From Promethearchaeota archaeon (GTDB lineage: Archaea; Asgardarchaeota; Lokiarchaeia; Sigyniarchaeales; SOKP01), in NCBI GenBank assembly GCA_019057865.1, contig JAHLWP010000031.1:1-54186 (forward strand): a DNA stretch of 54,186 nt, read 5' to 3'. A program made the position numbers and the translations under genes. Numbering within the stretch: position 1 is the first letter of the stretch; every line of letters begins with the position of its first letter. Under the pieces are notes generated by a model. It worked only from the letters and a program-made list of their open reading frames with translations, did not search any database and was not told where the DNA came from. This document shows, in pieces, positions 31,146 to 39,618 of this stretch.

Positions 31146-31439
31146 ATGAAAATGAAAAAGAAAGTGCCATCTGAAGAGCAACTAGAAAAACTTAAGGTTA
31201 AATCTTGGGGGACTTGGAGTAAAGAAGTAAGCGAATTTGATTGGTCTTATGGTGATACTGAAACTTGCTATATACTAGATGGAGAAGTAGAAGTTACCGA
31301 TTCTGAGACTGGAGATAAGATAGAATTCAAAAAAGGCGATCTAGTCCAATTTGAAAAAGGATTAAACTGTGTATGGAATGTAAAAAAGCCAGTTAGGAAA
31401 TATTTTAATTTTAATTTGAACTTTGGAGATATAGATTAA
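31146..31439 (+). CDS. Cupin (DUF861/EutQ-like) protein
   Basis: FDWSY..TETCYILDGEV...KGDLVQF..GL.CVW.V..PVRKY. Confidence 0.9.
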   Translation: MKMKKKVPSEEQLEKLKVKSWGTWSKEVSEFDWSYGDTETCYILDGEVEVTDSETGDKIEFKKGDLVQFEKGLNCVWNVKKPVRKYFNFNLNFGDID

Positions 31440-31611
31440 TTTTAGAAATTTATTTACTATTTTTTTTTAAATCTTTTTTTTTTTAATTATTATATCTATA
31501 AATACTATTTGATTTGTATCACTAGGTTATACAATAAACTATTTTAAGATGATCAAAGATGGAAAGGAAAAAAGGAAAAGAAGAAGATAAATAATGAGAA
31601 AAAATCTTGAA

Positions 31612-32169
31612 TTAAGCAAATCTCTGTTTTTCTTTATGTTCTTTCACTGAAACTTCTCTTTCACTAAGTCTGCTAAGTCTAATCAGACTCTCTGTAATAC
31701 TTTTAACTTCTACCCTCGTTTTTAGTTCAAAATCTTGTAATCCTTCAAAGATTTCTTTTTCGGTAAAACCTTTATTGTAAAATTCCATAAATTTAGCTAT
31801 TGACTGTTCATGATAATATATATACTGTTTATTTAGAAAAGTGATTAGCCAATTTTTCTTCTCCTGTTTTTGCGACAAATCAAACATCTCCTCTCTGATT
31901 TTATTAATTTTTTTCTTTAGCTTTTTAGCAATTATAGTATCTTCAATTCTATAATACTTTTTCATGAGTCTTATTAGTCTATTTTTGAAAAATAAAGCTG
32001 GTATATACGATAAAAGAAAAAAAACTATAAAAATCACACTTAATACTATAGCAGCTATATATTCTCTATATATAGTTAGAATGATAATTATTAATACAAG
32101 AATCCAAAACCAGTGTCTCCCAATTGTCTTAAAAATAACTATATACTTTTTTGGCATGAATATTATCAA
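31612..32169 (-). CDS. Hypothetical membrane protein (two N-terminal TM helices)
   Basis: Hydrophobic N-terminus and basic soluble C-terminus; the start is probably the ATG at 32157. Confidence 0.7.
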   Translation of the reverse strand: MIIFMPKKYIVIFKTIGRHWFWILVLIIIILTIYREYIAAIVLSVIFIVFFLLSYIPALFFKNRLIRLMKKYYRIEDTIIAKKLKKKINKIREEMFDLSQKQEKKNWLITFLNKQYIYYHEQSIAKFMEFYNKGFTEKEIFEGLQDFELKTRVEVKSITESLIRLSRLSEREVSVKEHKEKQRFA

Positions 32170-32277
32170 ATAAAGAATAATTCTGCAATATATATTGATA
32201 TAATAAATGATTTAAAAAAATTATTTTTAGATAAGTAAAAGAAAGAGATATCCTAAAAACCACATTTTTTTTAGCGT

Positions 32278-32428
32278 TTCCGGGATCCCGAACCACCTCG
32301 AAAATAGTTGGTTTTTCGGATGGGACCGGGTATTTTCCTCGAGTAACATGACCGTGAGCGAACTCACAATTTGCCATTTCCCACTGATCGCAACAGCAGT
32401 ACTATTGGACAACGTAAACGAGTTTAAC
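32278..32428 (-). rRNA. rrf: 5S rRNA gene, circularly permuted and intron-containing
   Basis: The minus strand reads the 3' half first (GUUAAACUCG...AGUAC...GGGAAA...UUGUGAG), then UUCG, then the 5' half (CUCACGGUCAU...AUACCCGGUCCCAUCCGAA[30 nt]CCCGGAA). These are hallmark 5S motifs in swapped order, in a GC-rich island within AT-rich DNA. Confidence 0.93.
32285..32314 (-). other. Predicted 30-nt BHB intron in 5S rRNA loop C
   Basis: Central helix UCCG/CGGG, bulges AAA and AUC, intron stem AACCA/UGGUU. Removal restores CCCAUCCGAACCCGG. Confidence 0.82.
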
Positions 32429-32479
32429 TTCCGGCGCTTAGCTAGCAGCTGATTATGTGGTATTAAACTATACTAACCA

Positions 32480-32487
32480 TTTTATAA
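32480..32487 (-). promoter_or_regulatory. Probable TATA box of the 5S precursor
   Basis: TTATAAAA on the minus strand, about 20-25 nt upstream of the ACCACAU arm (32461) that pairs with the trailer. Confidence 0.5.
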
Positions 32488-32606
32488 GTACGGTTATTTT
32501 ATTAAAAAATACCTTCCTATATGGTTATAAGTAAATGAAATAATAAAGACTAGTAATTAAATTTTTTCATACTAAAAGATTAACTTTAAAAGGAATAAAT
32601 CGAGAG

Positions 32607-33176
32607 GTGCTTGTAAAGTTGATATTTCAACTGATAATGCGAGATGCGGATTGGTATTGGTATTTAATAAATGCATTTATCGTGATTATTGGAAGGTTGC
32701 TTGATATACTTAGTACGAGATATGTATCAAAAGAACTTAAACTGGAGACAAATAAATTAGCAAGGCGTATAGGGTGGCGAGGAGTGATATTAATACAAAC
32801 TCCTATTATTGTTTTAGGGTCTTTAGATATTTACCTAGCATTTTTTATCTTTATTTGGTCTCTTTTCTTATTTGCTAATAATATTATGGGAAGCTGGAAT
32901 ACTAAGCAAATTGGTGAGGAGCAATATTATGAAGATCTTAAATCACGTTTAAAACAAACTAAGAGATGGCAAATTATTCTAAGCGAAATATCATATATTT
33001 TAACATTTACATTAACAGGGATCTTTGTTCTTGTGTTTTTATTAGTTTTTAATGATATTATTGCTGTTTTTTTTTTATCATTAGCTTTAATCTGTCAAGG
33101 TTTGTTAACGACCGCTAGATCCATGAAATACTTATTTGATTTAAAGAAAGAATCTCAAAAAAATAATGAAAATTAA
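32607..33176 (+). CDS. Hypothetical multi-pass membrane protein
   Basis: About five hydrophobic segments; DILSTRY...LETN motif. Confidence 0.75.
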   Translation: MLVKLIFQLIMRDADWYWYLINAFIVIIGRLLDILSTRYVSKELKLETNKLARRIGWRGVILIQTPIIVLGSLDIYLAFFIFIWSLFLFANNIMGSWNTKQIGEEQYYEDLKSRLKQTKRWQIILSEISYILTFTLTGIFVLVFLLVFNDIIAVFFLSLALICQGLLTTARSMKYLFDLKKESQKNNEN

Positions 33177-33183
33177 ATTCAGG

Positions 33184-35301
33184 TTAATTTGAATGTTCTA
33201 TTCGGTCTAAAATACGAGAATGTTTTTTGATCCCATAAACTACAAAAATTACGGAAATTGCTACTATACTTATAATTATAATCAAAGAGATATTTAGCAT
33301 ATAGTTTATTAATGGTTTAGGAATTTGAAATGTATAAGTTTCATTGTAAAAAACATTGGTATTATTAGCATAATCTCGAGCAATGATCATATACGAATAA
33401 TTACCTGGTTCTAATTTGTCTATAATAAATTTAAAATTCCTCTCATCTTCTTGAATACTATTTGATAATTTAAAATATGTAAATTTGTTAAACTGATCCT
33501 CAGAAATTAATAAATATACACTTTCAATCCCTGATTGATTATCATGAATTTCTATATTGAAACACATATTATCTGAAACTGAAGGATTTTCTGGAAGATA
33601 CACTAATCTGGACAATTCAGGTTTATTACCATCTGAAAGTGTAGTAAAGTTAAAGTAAGATGGAATTAAATTGTGTCCTGTAATTGTTACGTTGTACGTT
33701 TCATTAACCTGTGTTGGAACACGAAACTTTGCGATACCCTCTTTATTACCATATGCAGTATAATATTTTCCATCAGTAGTTCTAAAATGAACTCTCGCAT
33801 ATGGAATTATATTATTAGAAATGTCTCTAATTTCAACAGAAACTAACTGTCCTTCATAAATATTTTGATTAAAGGGATTACTTGCTCTTTTTGGTTTATT
33901 AGTGTAAATATCAACCTCAGGATCCCCTAATAGACAATAAGTCAATAAATTTTTACGCTCAAAATCATAATTTGTTGATCCTTCTCCTCTATTATAATAA
34001 TCGCTATTTATATATGAGACTTTAGAATCGTATAATGCCCTGCCTTGCTGAAACTTTTTTTCTTCAAAAAATTCCTTCCAAAATAACTTGGCATTTCCAC
34101 GGTTTAGCATTTCAAGGTTAATATCGTTTTCAAAATACCAAGTTACTCTTAATGCTCCAATAACTCCAATAGAACCAGCGTTCAATTGCTTTATTAGAGT
34201 CTCTCCAATACTTATATCATTATAATCATAGCTAGAGGTAGAACAAGCGTCTATATAAACTAAAGAAGGCATATTAATATTAGAACTTGATCTAGCATCA
34301 GTATCCGTATATCCTTTGGTATTCGGATTACGAAAATAAGCTGTTGGGTCTCCATGTCCTGCCATAATGACTGTAGAATAACCATTATTGAATTGAAGGC
34401 AGAGTTCTGGACGTGTAAGATTTCCTTCTTCTTCTACTAAATGAGTAGAGTTCATCTCTAAATTCACATAATTTTGTATAATATAACTTGTTAATCGACT
34501 TTCGTATTCCTGTGGAGAATAACTAGAAACTCCTCCAGCTAATAACATTCTATTCATCCAAATTTCATTGTAGGGATTCATCTCATATTTTAAAGTTTTA
34601 TTTACCATTATCTCAAGTTCTTCAACAGTGTCAGCAGGAAATCGACCAACATATACTTCTGGAACCCATGAAATTTCATCATACCTATATAAATTGTCTT
34701 GTGGAGCTTCTCCCCATCTTGAATCTCCATCACTATTCCAAGTACCTGTAAGATCTGCATAATAATAATCTGTAGGTTTGTAATAATTATCCATTCCTGA
34801 ACTTTCGCTTCCAACATATCTTACAACATCAGGGTTATATACTTCTCTTATAGGAATTAAATCATTTTGAGCATCCCCAGCTAAAAGAACCCAGCGAATA
34901 TTTTCTTCATCATAATATGATTTTATCATAGTTCGAATCTTTTCGGGGTCATCTCTGCCATCATAATCCGAAAAATTGCTCAAAATTATTGTTTTAACTC
35001 CTTTTTCATTTTTCCAATCCATTAAAGGTTTTAAAGTATCAACAAAATCAGTTTTGTTTGGTGCTATAATTAACATCTCAATTTTTGGATAATACCAATC
35101 ATTTTCCAATGATGTGTAATCAATTTCAGGTAAAAATGATAAATCAATATCAGGATCACTGCTATAAAGATTCAGTTCTTCTGAAATATAAGAATCATTA
35201 TAAACAGCAAAGTATTGACTATAGCTAAGAATAATCGATGGAAACAATAAGAAAAGAATAATAAACAAATATAAAAATTTTTTAGGAGAAGCTCTTAGCA
35301 T
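33184..35301 (-). CDS. Peptidase C25 (gingipain-like) membrane-anchored cysteine protease
   Basis: WKNEKG, WVLLAGD, TDYYYADL, VYVGRFP, GHG and DACS (His/Cys dyad), LLGDP; signal peptide and C-terminal TM helix. Confidence 0.92.
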   Translation of the reverse strand: MLRASPKKFLYLFIILFLLFPSIILSYSQYFAVYNDSYISEELNLYSSDPDIDLSFLPEIDYTSLENDWYYPKIEMLIIAPNKTDFVDTLKPLMDWKNEKGVKTIILSNFSDYDGRDDPEKIRTMIKSYYDEENIRWVLLAGDAQNDLIPIREVYNPDVVRYVGSESSGMDNYYKPTDYYYADLTGTWNSDGDSRWGEAPQDNLYRYDEISWVPEVYVGRFPADTVEELEIMVNKTLKYEMNPYNEIWMNRMLLAGGVSSYSPQEYESRLTSYIIQNYVNLEMNSTHLVEEEGNLTRPELCLQFNNGYSTVIMAGHGDPTAYFRNPNTKGYTDTDARSSSNINMPSLVYIDACSTSSYDYNDISIGETLIKQLNAGSIGVIGALRVTWYFENDINLEMLNRGNAKLFWKEFFEEKKFQQGRALYDSKVSYINSDYYNRGEGSTNYDFERKNLLTYCLLGDPEVDIYTNKPKRASNPFNQNIYEGQLVSVEIRDISNNIIPYARVHFRTTDGKYYTAYGNKEGIAKFRVPTQVNETYNVTITGHNLIPSYFNFTTLSDGNKPELSRLVYLPENPSVSDNMCFNIEIHDNQSGIESVYLLISEDQFNKFTYFKLSNSIQEDERNFKFIIDKLEPGNYSYMIIARDYANNTNVFYNETYTFQIPKPLINYMLNISLIIIISIVAISVIFVVYGIKKHSRILDRIEHSN

Positions 35302-35404
35302 ATTTTATCAATACTAAAGAATTAATAATCATTTATTTATTACTAGTAATAAAAGTGTATAAATAAGAATATATTGATTTTAAAAAAAAAGAAACGATCA
35401 TCTA

Positions 35405-35632
35405 ATGCCTATTAGATTTAATTATTGTCCTCATTGTAATGAGAAAATTATTTTTAGAATAGATTTAGGAGATATTGATACAAGTCAATATCCTGCTCCA
35501 GTTTATATTATTCATGAAGATAAATCTTGCGGAAAATTATCAACCTTTTATGTTGATAGTCTACTAAGAATTTCATATAAAGAACTTGACAAAAAACCTG
35601 GTGGAATTAAAACTATCAGGACAATAAAGTAA
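35405..35632 (+). CDS. Small putative Zn-binding protein
   Basis: CPHC...H....C and YVD pattern; 75 aa. Confidence 0.7.
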   Translation: MPIRFNYCPHCNEKIIFRIDLGDIDTSQYPAPVYIIHEDKSCGKLSTFYVDSLLRISYKELDKKPGGIKTIRTIK

Positions 35633-35753
35633 AAAATTAGTATCTATTAGGTTAATTTAAATCAATTTTTATTTAATCCTAACATGTATTTGAAACATCT
35701 CATATTATATAAAATTCGTAAAAAATATTTATAATTGAGAATGATAAATAATA

Positions 35754-37321
35754 ATGGTTTATAATTTAGAAAATGTAAAAGGCATTGGTAATGAAACAGC
35801 AGAGAGATTAAGATCAGCAGGTATTAATTCAATTGAAAAGTTAGCTGAATTATCCATTAAAGAATTATTAGGATTAAAAATAAAAGGTATTGGAAAAGCA
35901 ACTGCATCTAAATATATTGAAAATGCTAAAAACTTACTTGAAACAGAAAGCGTAAAAGTAAAAGAAGAACTCCCAAAACTTGAAAAACAAGCTCCACCAT
36001 CAAAAAAAGTGTCAGCTAAAAAAGGACCTAATCTTAAAGAGCTAATTGTACAACAAGCAGAATGTAATATAGGGCTCGTAGGTCATGTAGATCATGGAAT
36101 GATTACGTCATTTAGCCAATTCCCATAAAAACTACACTAGTTAAGGCACTTACAGGAGATTGGACAGATAGACATTCAGAGGAGCAAGAGCGAGGTATAT
36201 CTATAAAATTAGGGTATTCGAATGCGACAATTCTTTACTGCCCTACTTGTGACCTATATTTTACAAAATATATGGTTGAACAAGAAAGAGTAAAGGGCCA
36301 ACCACGATTCACATGCTTAAAATGTAAAAATGAATTAGAGTTTAAAAGAAATATTTCTTTTGTTGATGCACCGGGGCATGAAATATTAATGGCGACTATG
36401 TTAAGTGGAGCTTCATTGATGAATGGAGCATGTTTATTAATTGCAGCAGATGAAGATTGCCCACAACCCCAAACAAGGGAACATTTAGCGGCCTTAAATA
36501 TCGCCGGGATACAGAATATTATTATCATTCAAAATAAAATTGACGCCGTTTCAAAAGAACAAGCTTTAGAAAATTATATACAAATCAAGGAATTTATTAA
36601 GGGAACTATTGCTGATAATGCTCCAATCATACCCATCTCAGCTGTCTTTAACTCTAATTTAGGTCTTATTGTAAGAGCATTTGAAGAAATAATTCCTTCT
36701 CCAGAAACCAATGAAAATGAATCCTTTCAGTTTTTAATTGCAAGATCATTTGATATTAATCGCCCTGGAAAAGAAATTAAAGATTTAAAAGGAGGAGTAA
36801 TAGGCGGTTCTGTATTAAAAGGGAAAGTTAATATTGGGGATCGAATAGAGATACGCCCTGGTATTCGCATAAAAAATAATTATATGCCTATACAATCAAC
36901 TATCGTAAGTATAAGTCAAGGGAACAATAATCTTGAGAATGCTAAACCTGGCGGTCTAATAGGATTAGGAACAAAATTGGATCCATCCTTAACTAAAGGA
37001 GATCATCTAATAGGGCATTTAATTGGGAAACCAGGAGCATTACCCGAAGTTCTTACTGAAGTGGAATTGAAAGTTAATCTACTTGAACGTGTAATCGGTA
37101 CTGAGATGCAAATTAAAGTTATTGAACTTAAACATAACGAAAAATTGTTATTAGTTGTTGGAACTGAAAAAACAGCTGGAACTGTTACTAAAATTTTAAA
37201 AAACTCGTTTATCCTTAAATTAAATCCTCCTATTTGTATCCCAGAAAATTTTATATTTGCTATATCCAGAATAATAAATAGACGCTATAGATTAATTGGA
37301 TATGGTGAAATATTTAATTAA
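35754..37321 (+). CDS. eif2g: Translation initiation factor aIF-2 gamma with N-terminal HhH domain; join(35754..36099,36129..37321), 512 aa after removal of a 29-nt insert
   Basis: The joined frame reads [41 protein letters not shown], then the Zn knuckle CPTC/CLKC, DAPGHE, QPQTREH, NKID, ARSFDINRPG and RLIGYG. Confidence 0.93.
36100..36128 (+). other. Predicted 29-nt BHB-type mRNA intron in eif2g
   Basis: Central helix AUGG/CCAU, bulges AAU and AAA. Cuts after the second bulge nucleotide restore GGA AAA ACT. Confidence 0.8.
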
Positions 37322-37364
37322 AACTAAGAGAATGTCTATAAGTATAAAAAGGTCAACTAATTTA

Positions 37365-37691
37365 TTAAAAATAAGAAAGAAAAATCTCACGAATCTTCCC
37401 CTTGATTAGAGACATTGATGGATCTACATTTTGAAATACACTTTTCAAAGTATGAATGACTTCCTTATCGTTATCAGAATTTTTGGATTTTGAAATTAAT
37501 TGTTTAGTTTCATATAATATCAGACTATTTTCAACTTTAGCGAGAAAATGCAGAATTATTTCTATATTAGCTGTACTGGATAAATCTGATTGACTTTTAA
37601 TTTCTTTAAATTCATAAAATATCTCAGTCATAGCTCGTTTTTCTAGAAAACGCATAAAATCTTCAATATTATCACAGAAGATAACTATCAA
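37365..37691 (-). CDS. Hypothetical protein
   Basis: 108-aa ORF directly downstream of the 558-aa gene on the same strand. Confidence 0.65.
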   Translation of the reverse strand: MIVIFCDNIEDFMRFLEKRAMTEIFYEFKEIKSQSDLSSTANIEIILHFLAKVENSLILYETKQLISKSKNSDNDKEVIHTLKSVFQNVDPSMSLIKGKIREIFLSYF

Positions 37692-37697
37692 GTTACT

Positions 37698-39374
37698 TTA
37701 TCGCGATTTTTTGTTTTTAAGATAGACTATAATTCCTATTATTAAAAAAGATCCATTTATTGACCCAAATATCAATATCCAAATAGGAATATGCATTATA
37801 TTAGTATAAATGTAATTAATTTCATTATAAGTACTAACATTAGTCCTAATTATTAAATTTCCATATTGGTAAACCTCAACCGTATAATTCCCTTTTGGAA
37901 CATTATATAATGAAACCTCTCCATTTTCATTAGTTTTCAAAGGTGCAATAGGTTGAGTTCGGTTATTGGATATATAAGTTCCATAATTTAAGTCATAATA
38001 GTAAATACGCAATTTTAAGTCCATAATAGGCATCTTAATATTGTCAGTAACTATTATTCTTAACTTACCTACAGCAATATAATTAACACTAAATGGACAT
38101 GTTTCCCCCACTAGCATATACGGTAATTCTACTTTTAACCTTACACCTCCATTATCTGTAATGTTTTCATCAAAATATAACACTTCCCTTTCAAATAACG
38201 AAACAGTACTTAATATATCTTCTGATAAAGTAGCGGGTTCATATATAGATAAAAAGCTTAAATAAATATGCTTAGGTCCAGAGATTAGTGATGGAAAATA
38301 AATTCTTTCTCGAATATTTCTTAAAGCTACTAATCTATCAATAGCCCATGTTTTAGAAACGGGTTCAATAAATCTTACCATATAATTAGCAGTGAAATTC
38401 AGGAAAAACCAACTTTCATTAGCAAAAAAGAAATCTGACAAAGTTATGTTTATAGATTTATCAAAATTTAGATGATCGTCTATAACAACGGATTGATTAT
38501 TTAATAAAAGGCTGTGATTGTCTAATAAATCTCTGTCAGGAAGATAAACATTCAAGGCAACACTTACGTTTTCGGTAGTTCTCTTTTGATTGGTGTCTGC
38601 ATCATACATTTGTCCAGTTAACGTAAATTCATAACTGAAATTAGCTTTAAAGTTCTGTTCTACCTTTGTCATATTTAATTTATCTGGATATTGATTTAGG
38701 CTCCAAGGATCTATGGTTAAATCATATTCCCAAATAAGGTACATCTTAAAATTGAAGGTAGCTCCTTGTTGAAAATAATCATTATAATCGAAAACTAAGA
38801 AATCACTTTCATCAATATAATAGTCAGTGTCCACAGTCAATTCTAAAATATCTGTGTCATCAAAAACATAAAAATTAGTTAAATAACTTGGATACAAACG
38901 AGGACGATAAATCAAATATCCTTCATTTGGATTATCATACCATACTTCTAGGGTTTCATTTAACTCTACCCTTATCTCATTTCTATCTATTAGATCACTA
39001 TTTAAATTGTCAATTCTTGCTGATTCATTTGTTTCAATAAATTTTATCTCTTTGGAAGTGATATTCAATGCACCTGAATCATAATCATACCACAGAAGGG
39101 GATAACTTGCATTATAAATATAGTGTCCCTTCTCTAGCCCACTAAAAGTCATATTATAAATCGTTATATTTCCCAGGCCATGTTTTCTTTCTTCAATTAT
39201 AGGGCTATAGTCCTCTTTAGAGAAATCATTAATTTTAAGATTATCTTGATTATCATAAATATTAGAATTGGTAAAAATGATTGAAAAGAATGGAACTAAA
39301 GTACTAAAAATTAGTAATACAAGTATGAAGAATATTAAATTTTTAATTTTTATATTCCCTTTATTAATAACCAT
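37698..39374 (-). CDS. Cell-surface protein with N-terminal signal, C-terminal beta-sandwich and TM anchor
   Basis: Many N-x-S/T sequons; TNENGEV...VPKGNYTVEV (carboxypeptidase-regulatory-like); terminal TM helix plus basic tail. Confidence 0.75.
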   Translation of the reverse strand: MVINKGNIKIKNLIFFILVLLIFSTLVPFFSIIFTNSNIYDNQDNLKINDFSKEDYSPIIEERKHGLGNITIYNMTFSGLEKGHYIYNASYPLLWYDYDSGALNITSKEIKFIETNESARIDNLNSDLIDRNEIRVELNETLEVWYDNPNEGYLIYRPRLYPSYLTNFYVFDDTDILELTVDTDYYIDESDFLVFDYNDYFQQGATFNFKMYLIWEYDLTIDPWSLNQYPDKLNMTKVEQNFKANFSYEFTLTGQMYDADTNQKRTTENVSVALNVYLPDRDLLDNHSLLLNNQSVVIDDHLNFDKSINITLSDFFFANESWFFLNFTANYMVRFIEPVSKTWAIDRLVALRNIRERIYFPSLISGPKHIYLSFLSIYEPATLSEDILSTVSLFEREVLYFDENITDNGGVRLKVELPYMLVGETCPFSVNYIAVGKLRIIVTDNIKMPIMDLKLRIYYYDLNYGTYISNNRTQPIAPLKTNENGEVSLYNVPKGNYTVEVYQYGNLIIRTNVSTYNEINYIYTNIMHIPIWILIFGSINGSFLIIGIIVYLKNKKSR

Positions 39375-39618
39375 ATTTAACCATATAATGTCAAACTAAT
39401 TAGCACAAAAAATTAAATTAGATTAAATAATTTTTCCTAAGATTTTAATTTTTATCTTAATTTCCCTCTAAATCCAAGTATTTATAATCATTAACTTTAT
39501 TTAGAATAAATTTTCACTAAGGCTTGAGGTATAATAACTAAAATTTTAAATTAATTATTAAATTATATTTCAGTTTAATAATATAGTGTTTTTGAATTTT
39601 TAATATAAAATGATCTAA

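Noticed and set aside
32129-32412. ORFs 32129..32377 and 32227..32412
   Set aside because: They overlap the GC-rich 5S rRNA gene and have no protein motifs; they are best explained as a by-product of stop-poor RNA sequence.
36099-36131. Programmed ribosomal frameshift or simple sequencing indel as the explanation of the eif2g split
   Set aside because: Either would leave about 10 foreign residues inside the P-loop. Exactly 29 nt must be removed to restore GHVDHGKT.
36272-37321. 349-aa ORF as a complete, independent aIF-2 gamma
   Set aside because: It lacks G1 and G2. The frame is open and conserved upstream to 36128, so it is exon 2 of the larger gene.
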